64,000 bases of DNA from Macrostomum hystrix (taxonomy: Eukaryota; Animalia; Platyhelminthes), in the NCBI GenBank assembly GCA_950097015.1, contig CATNEN010000038.1:5394001-5458000 (forward strand), written 5' to 3'. The translations under genes were made by a program, and so were the position numbers. Below, in pieces: positions 10,460-22,843 of this stretch; position 1 is the stretch's first letter, and the number at the start of each line of letters is the position of its first letter. The notes under the pieces were generated by a model that ran no database searches, was not told the DNA's origin, and was given only the letters and a program-made list of their open reading frames with translations.

Positions 10460-11470
10460 CAGGCAGGGGTAGAAGGGAAAGGACAGACAGGGGTAGAAAG
10501 GAAAGGATAGAAATGGGGTAGAAGATAAAGGACAGACAGGGGTAGAAGGGAAAGGACAGACAGGGGTAGAAGGGAAAGGACAGACAGGGGTAGAAGGGAA
10601 AGGACAGACAGGGGAAGAAGGGAAAGGACAGGCAGGGGTAGATGGGAAAGGACAGACAGGGGTAGAAGGGAAAGGACAGACAGGGGAAGAAGGGAAAGGA
10701 CAGGCAGGGGTAGAAGGGAATGGACAGACAGGGGTAGAAGGGAATGGACAGACAGGGGTAGAAGGGAAAGGACAGACAGGGGTAGAAGAGAAAGAACAGA
10801 CAGGGGTAGAAGGGAATGGACAGACTGGGATAGAAGGGAAAGGACAGACAGGGGTAGAAGGGAATGGACAGACAGGGGAAGAAGGGAAAGGACAGACAGG
10901 GGAAGAAGGGAAAGGACAGACAGGGGTAGAAAGGAAAGGATAGAAATGGGTAGAAGATAAAGGACAGACAGGGGTAGAAGGGAAAGGACAGACAGGGGTA
11001 GAAGAGAAAGAACAGACAGGGGTAGAAGGGAATGGACAGACTGGGATAGAAGGGAAAGGACAGACAGGGGTAGAAGGGAAAGGACAGACATGGGTAGAAG
11101 AGAAAGAACAGACAGGGGTAGAAGGGAAAGGACAGACATGGGTAGAAGAGAAAGAACAGACAGGGGTAGAAGGGAATGGACAGACTGGGATAGAAGGGAA
11201 AGGACAGACAGGGGTAGAAGATAAAGAACAGACAGGGGTAGAAGGGAAAGGACAGACATGGGTAGAAGAGAAAGAACAGACAGGGGTAGAAGGGAATGGA
11301 CAGACTGGGATAGAAGGGAAAGGACAGACAGGGGTAGAAGGGAAAGGACAGACAGGGGTAGAAGGGAAAGGACAGACAGGGGTAGAAGGGAAAGGACAGA
11401 CAGGGGTAGAAGGGAAAGGACAGACAGGGGTAGAAGGGAAAGGACAGGCAGGGGTAGAAGGGAGGGGACA
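10460..11470. repeat. 24-bp purine-rich minisatellite (gacagacaggggtagaagggaaag)
   Basis: Direct tandem units. Confidence 0.95.
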
Positions 11471-11892
11471 GAGTTAGTCGTGATTTGCAGTGACAGCTGG
11501 ATTTTAAAGAGTTAATAACTGATAGGATCAGATGAGGGTGAAGGTGTCAGACTGATGCAGACAAGGCGCCTAGCAGCAAAAGTGCACATAAAATGTAATA
11601 ATAATTGTGGAGGGCAGGATGGTGAGGACATGGTTATCAGCAGCAGACGGCATATAAGTAAATACGCTCGTAATGGTGCACAACACGAATAACAGTTATC
11701 CCTCAAGCAGCCAAGAGCTGGTGGTACGGAGAAATTATTAGTTTTTTGTGGAAAACTTTGACACATAATAATGCGAAAAACATGACATATTGCAGGCTTT
11801 GGTAATATTGCAAACAACAGCTATCATAATGAATTGATTTTTGCAAATAAATTTCAACAGAAAAACTGTCTTTGTGTATTATCCTTCTGCTA

Positions 11893-12120
11893 AAAATCTC
11901 ACCCTTCAGATTGCGATCTCTAAATCTCACCCTTCGATCAGATTGCGATCTCAAAATCTCACCCTTCAGATTTGGAGCTCAAAATCTCACCTTTCCGATT
12001 TGGAGATCAAAGTCTCACCCTCCATATTGGGAGCTCAAAATCTCACCCTTCAGATATGGAGCTCAAAATCTCACCCTTCAGATATGGAGCTCAAAATCTT
12101 ACCATTCAGATTGCGATCTT
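11893..12120. repeat. 28-bp minisatellite (aaaatctcacccttcagatatggagctc), just 3' of ALG8
   Basis: Direct tandem units. Confidence 0.85.
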
Positions 12121-12173
12121 TCAATTGGAGACAATTATTTCATCCATAAAAAACCAGCTCAAAATGTCGCAGT

Positions 12174-15100
12174 TCATCTAGTTTTCAGTTTACTATAGGT
12201 GGCGCTGCCACCAGAGGCCAGAACAAAGTGAGCAAAGAATTTGACGTAGGCCCAGGCTAGGCAAGCGGAGCAGTAGAGTGAGGTCAGCATCAGCGGCAGG
12301 AACGGCAGATGAGGCGCCAGAAGCTGCGGCAGAAGCCAGTCGGTCAGCAGCAGCAGCGGAGCCAAGCTGAGCACAGGCGGCGGCAACAGAAGGCTGACAC
12401 GGTTGAGCAGTGCGGGGAACTCAAATGCGACAGCTTGAGCAGCCGCCAGGGTGTAGCAGGCGAACAGGCAGTACTTAATCCAGCACTCTGGGCATCGTTC
12501 ATTCAAGGCATTGGCGCAAGCAACTTTAGCAATCAACTGCTCTGCCCCACTCGTTCGCGGAGGTTACGCGATTTCTATCCGACTTTCTACCCATTCTTTT
12601 TTACTTTCCACCCCTTCCTTTTGACTTTCTACCCCTTCCTTTTGACTTTCTACCCATTCTTTTTTTCTTTCCACCCCTTCCTTTTGACTTTCTACCCATT
12701 CTTTTTTTACTTTCTACCCCTTCCTTTTGACTTTCTACCCCTCCCTTTTGACTTTCTACCCCTTCCTTTTGACTTTCTACCCCTTTCTTTTTGACTTTCT
12801 ACCCCTTCCTTTTGACTTTCTACCCCTTTCTTTTTGACTTTCTACCTCTTCCTTTTGACTTTCTACCCCTTTCTTTTCGACTTTCTACCCCTTCCTATTG
12901 ACTTTCTACCCATTTCTTTTTGACTTTCTACCCCTTCCTTTTGACTTTCTACCCCTTCCTTTTGACTTTCTACCCCTTCCTTTTGACTTTCTACCCCTTT
13001 CTTTTTGACTTTCTTCCCCTTTCTTTTTGACTTTCTACCCCTTCCTTTTGACTTTCTACCCCTTACTTTTGACTTTCTACCCCTTTCTTTTTGACTTTCT
13101 ACCCCTTCCTTTTGACTTTCTACCCCTTTCTTTTTGACTTTCTACCCCTTACTTTTGACTTTCTACCCCTTTCTTTTTGACTTTCTACCCCTTCCTTTTG
13201 ACTTTCTACCCCTTCAAATGACTTTCTACCCCTTCGATATAAGTTTTTATCACTTCACAATGTCGTTTCACCACAATCTTAACTAAAAAGTATCAGTGCC
13301 TATTCGCCACTCACCATAGCTGGTAAACAGCAGAGGAAATAGCGAGAAATGGCCAACAGGCAGCACCAGAAGGGCCATTCGGGCGTGGAATTCAGATTCG
13401 AACATGAGCAGTCTGCGGAGCACATGGTGGATGAAAACTTTAAATTTAAGAAACACCCAATGATCCAGCAGAATCAGGCACGCACATGAGCGGAGGAATG
13501 ACTAGCAGGATCGCCTTCTCGTGCACGTGCCAGCCGAAATTAAAGGCCGTCCAGCCGCAGAGGGCGGCGGATTCGATGCAGAGTCTGCGAAAATTGGTCC
13601 GACTGGGGACGGTTGCTGGGCGCCAGGTGCGAAACAGGATTGGCTGCGGAATGCAAGCGTTTTTTATTGGGCTAGTGGTCCAGATAAAGACTAGTAGACA
13701 ATGGATAAGGCCAACGGTCTGGACAAAGACTAGTAGACAAAGAATATGGGTCAGGATTAAGACTTGTAGACAATGGATAAGGGTCTGGACAAAGACTAGT
13801 AGACAAATAATAAGGGTCAGGATAAAGACTAGTAGACAAGGGATAAGGGTCGGGATAAAGATAAGTAGACTAGATAAATACAAGTACACAATAGATAAGG
13901 GTATGGATAAAGACTACTAGATAGACCCCAGGACTTCAATGAAAACAGCGGCTTCAATGATATTGTCTATTGGGGCAACAAGCAAACAACAGAGAAGGCA
14001 TTTGAGCACGATTCCAAGCAGGACAGGTGCGTGAGCGGGTGAGGAAAGACAAACAATTCATGCACGCAGAATGAAACGAGAAGACCGCCCGTGAAGACGC
14101 GGAAATCGATCGAGACAGCAGAGCGGAATGGGATCGGATGGGGCATGCAATGAGGCGGAATAAACTGCGCATGTTACAAACAAATGAGGACTATCGGATG
14201 TGACAGTTAACTTAAGAACAGGCCTACATTCTATCTGCTAAAGAAAATTAAAGAAATTAATTTTTTAATAAGATTGGAAATCAAAGGGGAATTATAAAAA
14301 ACTAAATTATAAGGTGAGGCAGTAAGGTCCTTATCCATAGCCAAGATTACTACGGTTGCTAGGTGAAGTCCGCAGATAGGACATAAAAATTATTAGATTT
14401 AGAGAGAAAAAATCATAAAACAGCGATTCGGATAGGACAAGCGGGAAGGCTAAGTCCGAATCCTTCAGAAAGGCCATATAAAATATATAAAACTAATTGA
14501 ATACTCGTATTATTGAACATTTATGAACGTCAATAAATATGTAGGAATGTAATTAATTAAAAAGTAAAGTCATGGTACATAAAAGGGTCACAAAAAGGTA
14601 AGTAGGTCATAGAACAGGTAAGAAAGTCATTGAACAAATAGAAGGTCATAGAACAGGTAGAGATGTCAAAGAACAGGTAGAGAGGTCATAGAACAGGTAG
14701 AGAGGTCATAGAACAGGTAGGAAGGTCACAGAACAGGTAGGAAGGTCACAGAACAGGTAGGAAGGTCACAGAACAGGTAGGAAGGTCACAGAACAGGTAG
14801 GAAGGTCACAGAACAGGTAGGAAGGTCACAGAACAGGTAGGAATGTCGCAGAACAGGTAGGAAGGTCACAGAACAGGTAGGAAGGTCACAGAACAGGTAG
14901 GAAGGTCACAGAACAGGTAGGAATGTCGCAGAACAGGTAGGAAGGTCACAGAACAGGTAGGAAGGTCACAGAACAGGTAGGAATGTCGCAGAACAGGTAG
15001 GAAGGTCACAGAACAGGTAGGAAGGCCACAGAACAGGTAGGAATGTCACAGAACAGGTAGGAATGTCGCAGAACAGGTAGGAAGGCCACAGAACAGGTAG

Positions 15101-18100
15101 GAAAGTCAGGATGTATGTCAGGACAAAACAAGTCATTAAGTCATGTTGAGCCAGAACAGCAACCGAGTCCATGGCAACCAAGGATGAGGGGGGGGAATAT
15201 TCGCTCACCAGTAGGCAGACTCCAGTGAGAACAAATGTATGCCAAGGCCGTACAGTGGGCAGCACAGCGTGTTGAAACTCTTCAACGAGGCCGCCGGTCA
15301 TGACGCCAAGGCCAGGCTGTTTGGTGAGCAGACCAAGCCGAATGCCTTCAAGGCAAGAATGCCAAGCATTGTTAGCAATAAAAAACAATGTGCAATAACT
15401 CAATGAAGCCAATGAGAGATCAACCCACCAACAATTTCTAGCAGTTTGTCCAGGCAGTTGTACAAAGTCCAAAAGTTAGGCGCCCAGTAGGCGTGACAGA
15501 GGCCTCGCCTGAACGGGAACAGGCGAGCCAGCACCTGAGGCAGCTGCGACTAAAATAGTTAGACGAATTCGCAAACTACACTACTTAAAATATAGGTCAG
15601 TAGCGCGTAGCAAATTTGTACTCGTAAGTATATCATGACGATAAAAAATTAAGGTACGTCTATTTATTTTTTTTAGAATTAAACTGTTTAACAGAGTTTA
15701 TCAAACCGATAAATGAAAATATAGCAATATAAAGAAATCAACCAACATAATAGAAAAACGGTCCCAGTGAAGTGACAAGAACTGCCAGCACAATGCCGCC
15801 CAGAGCCGCCAACCTAGTAAAACTCAGACTGCCGTCCACACCTGGAAGCTTGACGGACAATGAGCCTGTTGGTTTGCGATTGAGAAATGCGAGTAAAGTG
15901 ACCTAACTTAATTTATTAAACTATGGTCCAACCAAACCCATTAAACTGTCTATGGTCCAACTTAATCTATTAAAATGTCTATGATTAGACCAAACCCATT
16001 AAACTGTCTATGGTCCAACTTAATCTATTAAAATGTCTATGATCAGACCAAACCCATTAAACTGTCTATGGTCCAACTTAATCTACTAAAATGTCTATGA
16101 TTAGACCAAACCCATTAAACTGTCTATGGTCCAACTTAATCTATTAAAATGTCTATGATCAGACCAAACCCATTAAACTGTCTAGGGTCGTACTTAATCC
16201 ATAAAATTGTCTATAGCTCAACGTAACCCGTCAAACTGTCTATGGTCTAACTTAATTCATCAAACTGACTATGATCCAACCTAGCCCATTAGCTAGTCTA
16301 TGGCCCAGCCTCAATTGTGTCATGAGTGCGCACCCGCTGCAGGCTTGCCAACAATGCAGTGATGCCGCAGCAGGTAAATAAACACAGCCGGAGCGCAGTA
16401 GATGTAGATGTGCTTGAAGTTTAACAAGGACGCGAATAGAAAAGCCCCAGTGTAAATCTGGCCGCGACCGATGCAAAGCAGGGAGCCAACTAACAAGCCC
16501 GTCAGCATGCCGTTGTACTGGAAGTGAATGTCTGTGCGCAGACGGGTGGAGCACTTTCTTATAGCACATGCTACTTTCAGTAGTAATAATTAACACATTA
16601 ATTAGTCAATATAAAACAATGATTTACGATCAACAATGAGCAGTCCGAAATTGCACAGCAGCAGCAAGGCAGTCCACAGGGCCGCCTTGGGCCCGCTACG
16701 GTCCGACTTCGATTTCCCTGCATCGGCTGCGATCCTAAAAAAATAAAATTAAATATATACATAACAATTTATTAATACTACTGAATCGGCTAAACCTACC
16801 TGTCTAATTACGTACCCCTACAGGTCTCAATGTTCCTTAATATCTGGTTCTACGTGCCCTTTATCTGATTACTCACTTCCCAACCTTACCTGACTACTTA
16901 CTTCCCAACCTGACTACTTACTTCCCAACCTGACTACTCACTTCCCAACCTTACAACTCACTTCCCAACCTGACAACTCACTTCCCAACCTGACTACTCA
17001 CTTCCAAACCTGACAACTCACTTCCCAACCTGACAACTCACTTTCCAACCTGACTACTCACTTTCCAACCTGACAACTCACTTTCCAACCTGACAACTCA
17101 CTTTCCAACCTGACAACTCACTTCCCAACCTGACAACTCACTTCCCAACCTGACTACTCACTTTCCAACCTGACAACTCACTTTCCAACCTGACAACTCA
17201 CTTTCCAACCTGACAACTCACTTTCCAACCTGACAACTCACTTCCCAACCTGACTACTCACTTCCCAACCTGACAACTCACTTTCCAACCTGACTACTCA
17301 CTTTCCAACCTGACAACTCACTTTCCAACCTGACAACTCACTTTCCAACCTGACAACTCACTTCCCAACCTGACAACTCACTTCCCAACCTGACTACTTA
17401 CTTCCCAACCTGACTACTCACTTCCCAACCTTACAACTCACTTCCCAACCTGACAACTCACTTCCCAACCTGACTACTCACTTTCCAACCTGACAACTCA
17501 CTTTCCAACCTGACTACTCACTTTCCAACCTGACAACTCACTTTCCAACCTGACTACTCACTTCCCAACCTGACTACTCACTTTCCAACCTGACTACTCA
17601 CTTTCCAACCTGACAACTCACTTTCCAACCTGACTACTCACTTTCCAACCTGACAACTCACTTTCCAACCTGACAACTCACTTCCCAACCTGACAACTCA
17701 CTTCCCAACCTGACTACTCACTTCCCAACCTGACAACTCACTTCCCAACCTGACTACTCACTTCCCAACCTGACAACTCACTTTCCAACCTGACTACTCA
17801 CTTTCCAACCTGACAACTCACTTTCCAACCTGACAACTCACTTTCCAACCTGACAACTCACTTCCCAACCTGACAACTCACTTCCCAACCTGACTACTCA
17901 CTTCCCAACCTGACAACTCACTTCCCAACCTGACAACTCACTTTCCAACCTGACTACTCACTTTCCAACCTGACAACTCACTTTCCAACCTGACAACTCA
18001 CTTTCCAACCTGACAACTCACTTCCCAACCTGACAACTCACTTCCCAACCTGACTACTCACTTTCCAACCTGACAACTCACTTTCCAACCTGACAACTCA

Positions 18101-21100
18101 CTTTCCAACCTGACAACTCACTTTCCAACCTGACAACTCACTTTCCAACCTGACAACTCACTTCCCAACCTGACAACTCACTTCCCAACCTGACTACTCA
18201 CTTCCCAACCTGACAACTCACTTTCCAACCTGACTACTCACTTTCCAACCTGACAACTCACTTTCCAACCTGACAACTCACTTTCCAACCTGACAACTCA
18301 CTTCCCAACCTGACAACTCACTTCCCAACCTGACTACTTACTTCCCAACCTGACAACTCACTTCCCAACCTTACAACTCACTTCCCAACCTGACAACTCA
18401 CTTCCCAACCTGACTACTCACTTTCCAACCTGACAACTCACTTTCCAACCTGACTACTCACTTTCCAACCTGACAACTCACTTTCCAACCTGACTACTCA
18501 CTTTCCAACCTGACAACTCACTTTCCAACCTGACAACTCACTTTCCAACCTGACAACTCACTTCCCAACCTGACAACTCACTTCCCAACCTTACAACTCA
18601 CTTCCCAACCTGACAACTCACTTCCCAACCTGACTACTCACTTCCCAACCTGACTACTCACTTCCCAACCTGACTACTCACTTCCCAACCTTACAACTCA
18701 CTTCCCAACCTGACAACTCACTTCCCAACCTGACTACTCACTTCCCAACCTGACAACTCACTTCCCAACCTGACTACTCACTTTCCAACCTGACTACTCA
18801 CTTCCCAACCTGACTACTCACTTCCCAACCTGACAACTCACTTCCCAACCTGACTACTCACTTCCCAACCTGACAACTCACTTCCCAACCTGACAACTCA
18901 CTTTCCAACCTGACAACTCACTTCCCAACCTGACAACTCACTTTCCAACCTGACTACTCACTTTCCAACCTGACAACTCACTTTCCAACCTGACAACTCA
19001 CTTCCCAACCTGACAACTCACTTCCCAACCTGACTACTTACTTCCCAACCTGACTACTCACTTCCCAACCTTACAACTCACTTCCCAACCTGACTACTCA
19101 CTTTCCAACCTGACTACTCACTTTCCAACCTGACAACTCACTTCCCAACCTGACTACTTACTTCCCAACCTGACTACTCACTTCCCAACCTTACAACTTA
19201 CTTCCCAACCTGACAACTCACTTTCCAACCTGACTACTCACTTCCCAACCTGACAACTCACTTCCCAACCTGACTACTCACTTTCCAACCTGACTACTCA
19301 CTTTCCAACCTGACAACTCACTTTCCAACCTGACAACTCACTTTCCAACCTGACTACTCACTTCCTAACCTGACTACTCACTTTCCAACCTGACTACTCA
19401 CTTTCCAACCTGACTACTCACTTTCCAACCTGACTACTCACTTTCCAACCTGACTACTCACTTTCCAACCTGACAACTCACTTTCCAACCTGACTACTCA
19501 CTTTCCAACCTGACTACTCACTTCCCAACCTGACTACTCACTTCCCAACCTGACTACTCACTTTCCAACCTGACTACTCACTTCCCAACCTGACTACTCA
19601 CTTCCCAACCTGACTACTCACTTTCCAACCTGACTACTCACTTTCCAACCTGACTACTCACTTCCCAACCTGACTACTCACTTCCCAACCTTACAACTCA
19701 CTTCCCAACCTGACTACTCACTTTCCAACCTGACTACTCACTTTCCAACCTGACAACTCACTTCCCAACCTGACTACTTACTTCCCAACCTGACTACTCA
19801 CTTCCCAACCTTACAACTCACTTTCCAACCTGACTACTCACTTTCCAACCTGACTACTCACTTCCCAACCTGACAACTCACTTTCCAACCTGACAACTCA
19901 CTTCCCAACCTGACAACTCACTTTCCAACCTGACTACTCACTTTCCAACCTGACAACTCACTTTCCAACCTGACAACTCACTTTCCAACCTGACTACTCA
20001 CTTCCCAACCTGACAACTCACTTCCCAACCTGACTACTCACTTTCCAACCTGACTACTCACTTCCTAACCTGACTACTCACTTTCCAACCTGACTACTCA
20101 CTTTCCAACCTGACTACTCACTTTCCAACCTGACTACTCACTTTCCAACCTGACTACTCACTTTCCAACCTGACTACTCACTTTCCAACCTGACAACTCA
20201 CTTTCCAACCTGACTACTCACTTTCCAACCTGACTACTCACTTCCCAACCTGACTACTCACTTCCCAACCTGACTACTCACTTTCCAACCTGACTACTCA
20301 CTTCCCAACCTGACTACTCACTTCCCAACCTTACAACTCACTTTCCAACCTGACTACTCACTTTCCAACCTGACTACTCACTTCCCAACCTGACTACTCA
20401 CTTTCCAACCTGACTACTCACTTTCCAACCTGACTACTCACTTCCCAACCTGACTACTCACTTTCCAACCTGACTACTCACTTCCCAACCTGACTACTCA
20501 CTTCCCAACCTGACTACTCACTTCCCAACCTGACAACTCACTTTCCAACCTGACTACTCACTTTCCAACCTGACAACTCACTTTCCAACCTGACAACTCA
20601 CTTTCCAACCTGACTACTCACTTTCCAACCTGACTACTCACTTTCCAACCTGACTACTCACTTCCCAACCTGACTACTCACTTTCCAACCTGACTACTCA
20701 CTTTCCAACCTGACTACTCACTTCCCAACCTTACAACTCACTTCCCAACCTGACTACTCACTTTCCAACCTGACTACCCTCTTGCCAACCTGACTACTCA
20801 CCTCACCTACCAGTCTCGATAACTCCGAACCACCCATTTACTTACTAGTCTTTTAAAGACCACAGCGACTTACAAAAGACAGGCTGCAATGAGTAGAACA
20901 TCGCTGACAATAACGCTGACACGCTGAAACATCACTGTAGCACTGGAGGCATAGTTTAGGTTGTTGACAATCAGCATGCCGGGATCCACCAGTGCAGCGA
21001 GCTGGGACAGACTCCATTCAAAATAGGCAAAGTATGGCGGATAGTCCAATGTCCACTGGGAGGTGTTCTGTGGAGTGCAGAAGATACATGAACATTTTTG

Positions 21101-21394
21101 CTGACATTGTTATTGAAAGTGAAAAATGGCATTCAGTCAACTCATACCTCAGAATACCATTTGTTTAAGGGCAAAGAGTATGTTATTGCCAACCAGTTCC
21201 TGTGGACTTCAAAGTCTGTAGAATGACTAAAATAAAAATAACAATGATTTGTCAAGGCTTTGAAAATAATTGGCATACTAAACATACACATTAACAACTC
21301 ACTAGAGCTGGGAGAAGATTAGCTTTAAAAACACCAATGCAACTGCCACAAGAAGTATGTCTGTTTTAGAACTAAACTTCTGTAAAGCAGACAT
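12174..21394 (-). CDS. ALG8: Dolichyl-PP-Glc1Man9GlcNAc2 alpha-1,3-glucosyltransferase, 11 exons, ~530 aa
   Basis: Exons 21394-21303, 21226-21148, 21067-20874, 16734-16628, 16531-16334, 15841-15747, 15549-15429, 15345-15209, 13643-13486, 13412-13315, 12487-12174 (1593 nt, phases consistent). Motifs [70 protein letters not shown]; C-terminal KLKTR ER-retrieval signal. Confidence 0.95.
12582..13234. repeat. 21-bp minisatellite (ttttgactttctaccccttcc), ALG8 intron 10
   Basis: Direct tandem units. Confidence 0.95.
13674..13925. repeat. Degenerate ~33-bp minisatellite, ALG8 intron 8
   Basis: Repeated aaagactagtagacaa…ataagggtc. Confidence 0.75.
14603..15105. repeat. 20-bp minisatellite (gaacaggtaggaaggtcaca), ALG8 intron 8
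   Basis: Direct tandem units. Confidence 0.95.
15915..16300. repeat. 29-bp / 58-bp dimeric minisatellite, ALG8 intron 5
   Basis: Alternating aaacccattaaactgtctatggtccaact and taatctattaaaatgtctatgatcagacc. Confidence 0.9.
16872..20801. repeat. 20-bp minisatellite, ~195 units (ctt(c/t)ccaacctgac(t/a)actca), ALG8 intron 3
   Basis: Stays in perfect 20-bp register from 16921 to ~20777. Confidence 0.98.
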
Positions 21395-21401
21395 TTTAAG
21401 G

Positions 21402-21409
21402 CTGAAATG
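21402..21409 (-). promoter_or_regulatory. Putative trans-splice acceptor of ALG8
   Basis: tatcatttcag| lies 7 nt upstream of the ATG. Confidence 0.5.
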
Positions 21410-22493
21410 ATAGGATCAAAATGTTTTGATTAATTAATAAAGCTGTAGGCACAAAAATATTTGTATACCCGGTATTGTTGAATGTACAAATTCTTCTCTA
21501 GAAGAGTTTCGCCATAGCAATGGATACAAAGCTTTTTGGATATGTTTGTATTTTGTTTCTGTATCTTGAGTTCTGAAATAGTTTGTACTGAAGAGAGTAA
21601 AACAAACAGCACAGTGGAAATAGATAGAGAAAGAAAATTTTATTGAAACTCAAGCTGCTAAAGATTTCAATGCTACATTTATGTTTATGGGGACATGTGG
21701 ATGGCTATGATGATATAGAAAGCCTAATGAGGGCTAATGACAAGGAAGATATGTAAAAACACTACAGACTGCCTACAATCGGAACTCCTAATTCCTTGGT
21801 TTTTGAAACACAAAAGGCGGAGGCCAAAGCTCTGGATTTCAACTATGATAACAATGCATACATACTGACTTGCCCAACACTGTCTCACAAACAAGACAAG
21901 TAAAGCACACAAGTTCTAGAATGAAAAGTGTAGCTATCAACAAATAACACTCAGGAACTGGAGCATGTTTCTTAAAAGAAATGAAGCAAATTATTTATTC
22001 AGCTGATATTTCTTTCAACACTGAAGGGTTTGTTCAATTGCGACTTAATTAGCTAGTTGCAGCAAATGAACAATAGTAAAATATCAAAACTGCAAAACCT
22101 ATATGCCTACTCTGTCTCTTATAGCAGCACATGCTTCACAATACATTAAAAAAAGATTCATAACACTTCAGTTAAACAAGATGCTATCACAAAACATTTT
22201 CGTGAGATAAACTAACATGCAAAGCAAAAATAAATTAAGCAAAAACATTGCCAAAAGGAGCAACAGTGAACAGCAGATAGCAAATAATTTGATGGGACAC
22301 GGACATCAGAAAATTTAAGACTTTCTGCTTCAACTGGGGTTTTATGGCCAGTAGAATTCATTTTTGCCCACGATGTAATATAATTGCGCAAGGCTGGCAG
22401 CGTAACTAACAGCAACACATAGGGCGACCATTTTGGAAGTCAGGTTGCTAATGTTTAAGCTTCACCTTGATGTATTTCAATGAGAATTAACTT

Positions 22494-22843
22494 CGGCAAT
22501 GCATTTTGATATAGATGCATGCATATAATAGTTAGCATTGGGAACAGTTTATGTCGGCAATGTATTTTGGTATACTGCATCCATGTATATAATCTTTTTT
22601 AGTTAGCGTCGGGAAAAGTTTACGTTGGCAATGTATTTTGGTATACTGCATCCATGCATAGGCCTATATATTTTTAGTTAGCATTGGGAAAAGTTTATGT
22701 TGGCAATGTATTTTGGTATACTGCATCTATACATATATATTTTTAGTTAGCATCGGGAAAAGTATACATCACCAATGTATTTTGGTATACTACATCCATG
22801 CATATATATTTTTAGTTAGTGTCAGGAGAAGTTTACGTTGGCA
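22494..22843. repeat. Degenerate ~65-bp tandem repeat
   Basis: Repeated ttagttagcatcgggaaaagtttacgttggcaatgtattttggtatactgcatccatg. Confidence 0.85.

Noticed and set aside
16872-20801. CRISPR-like arrays
   Set aside because: Units are contiguous with no unique spacers, the context is a eukaryotic intron, and there are no cas genes.
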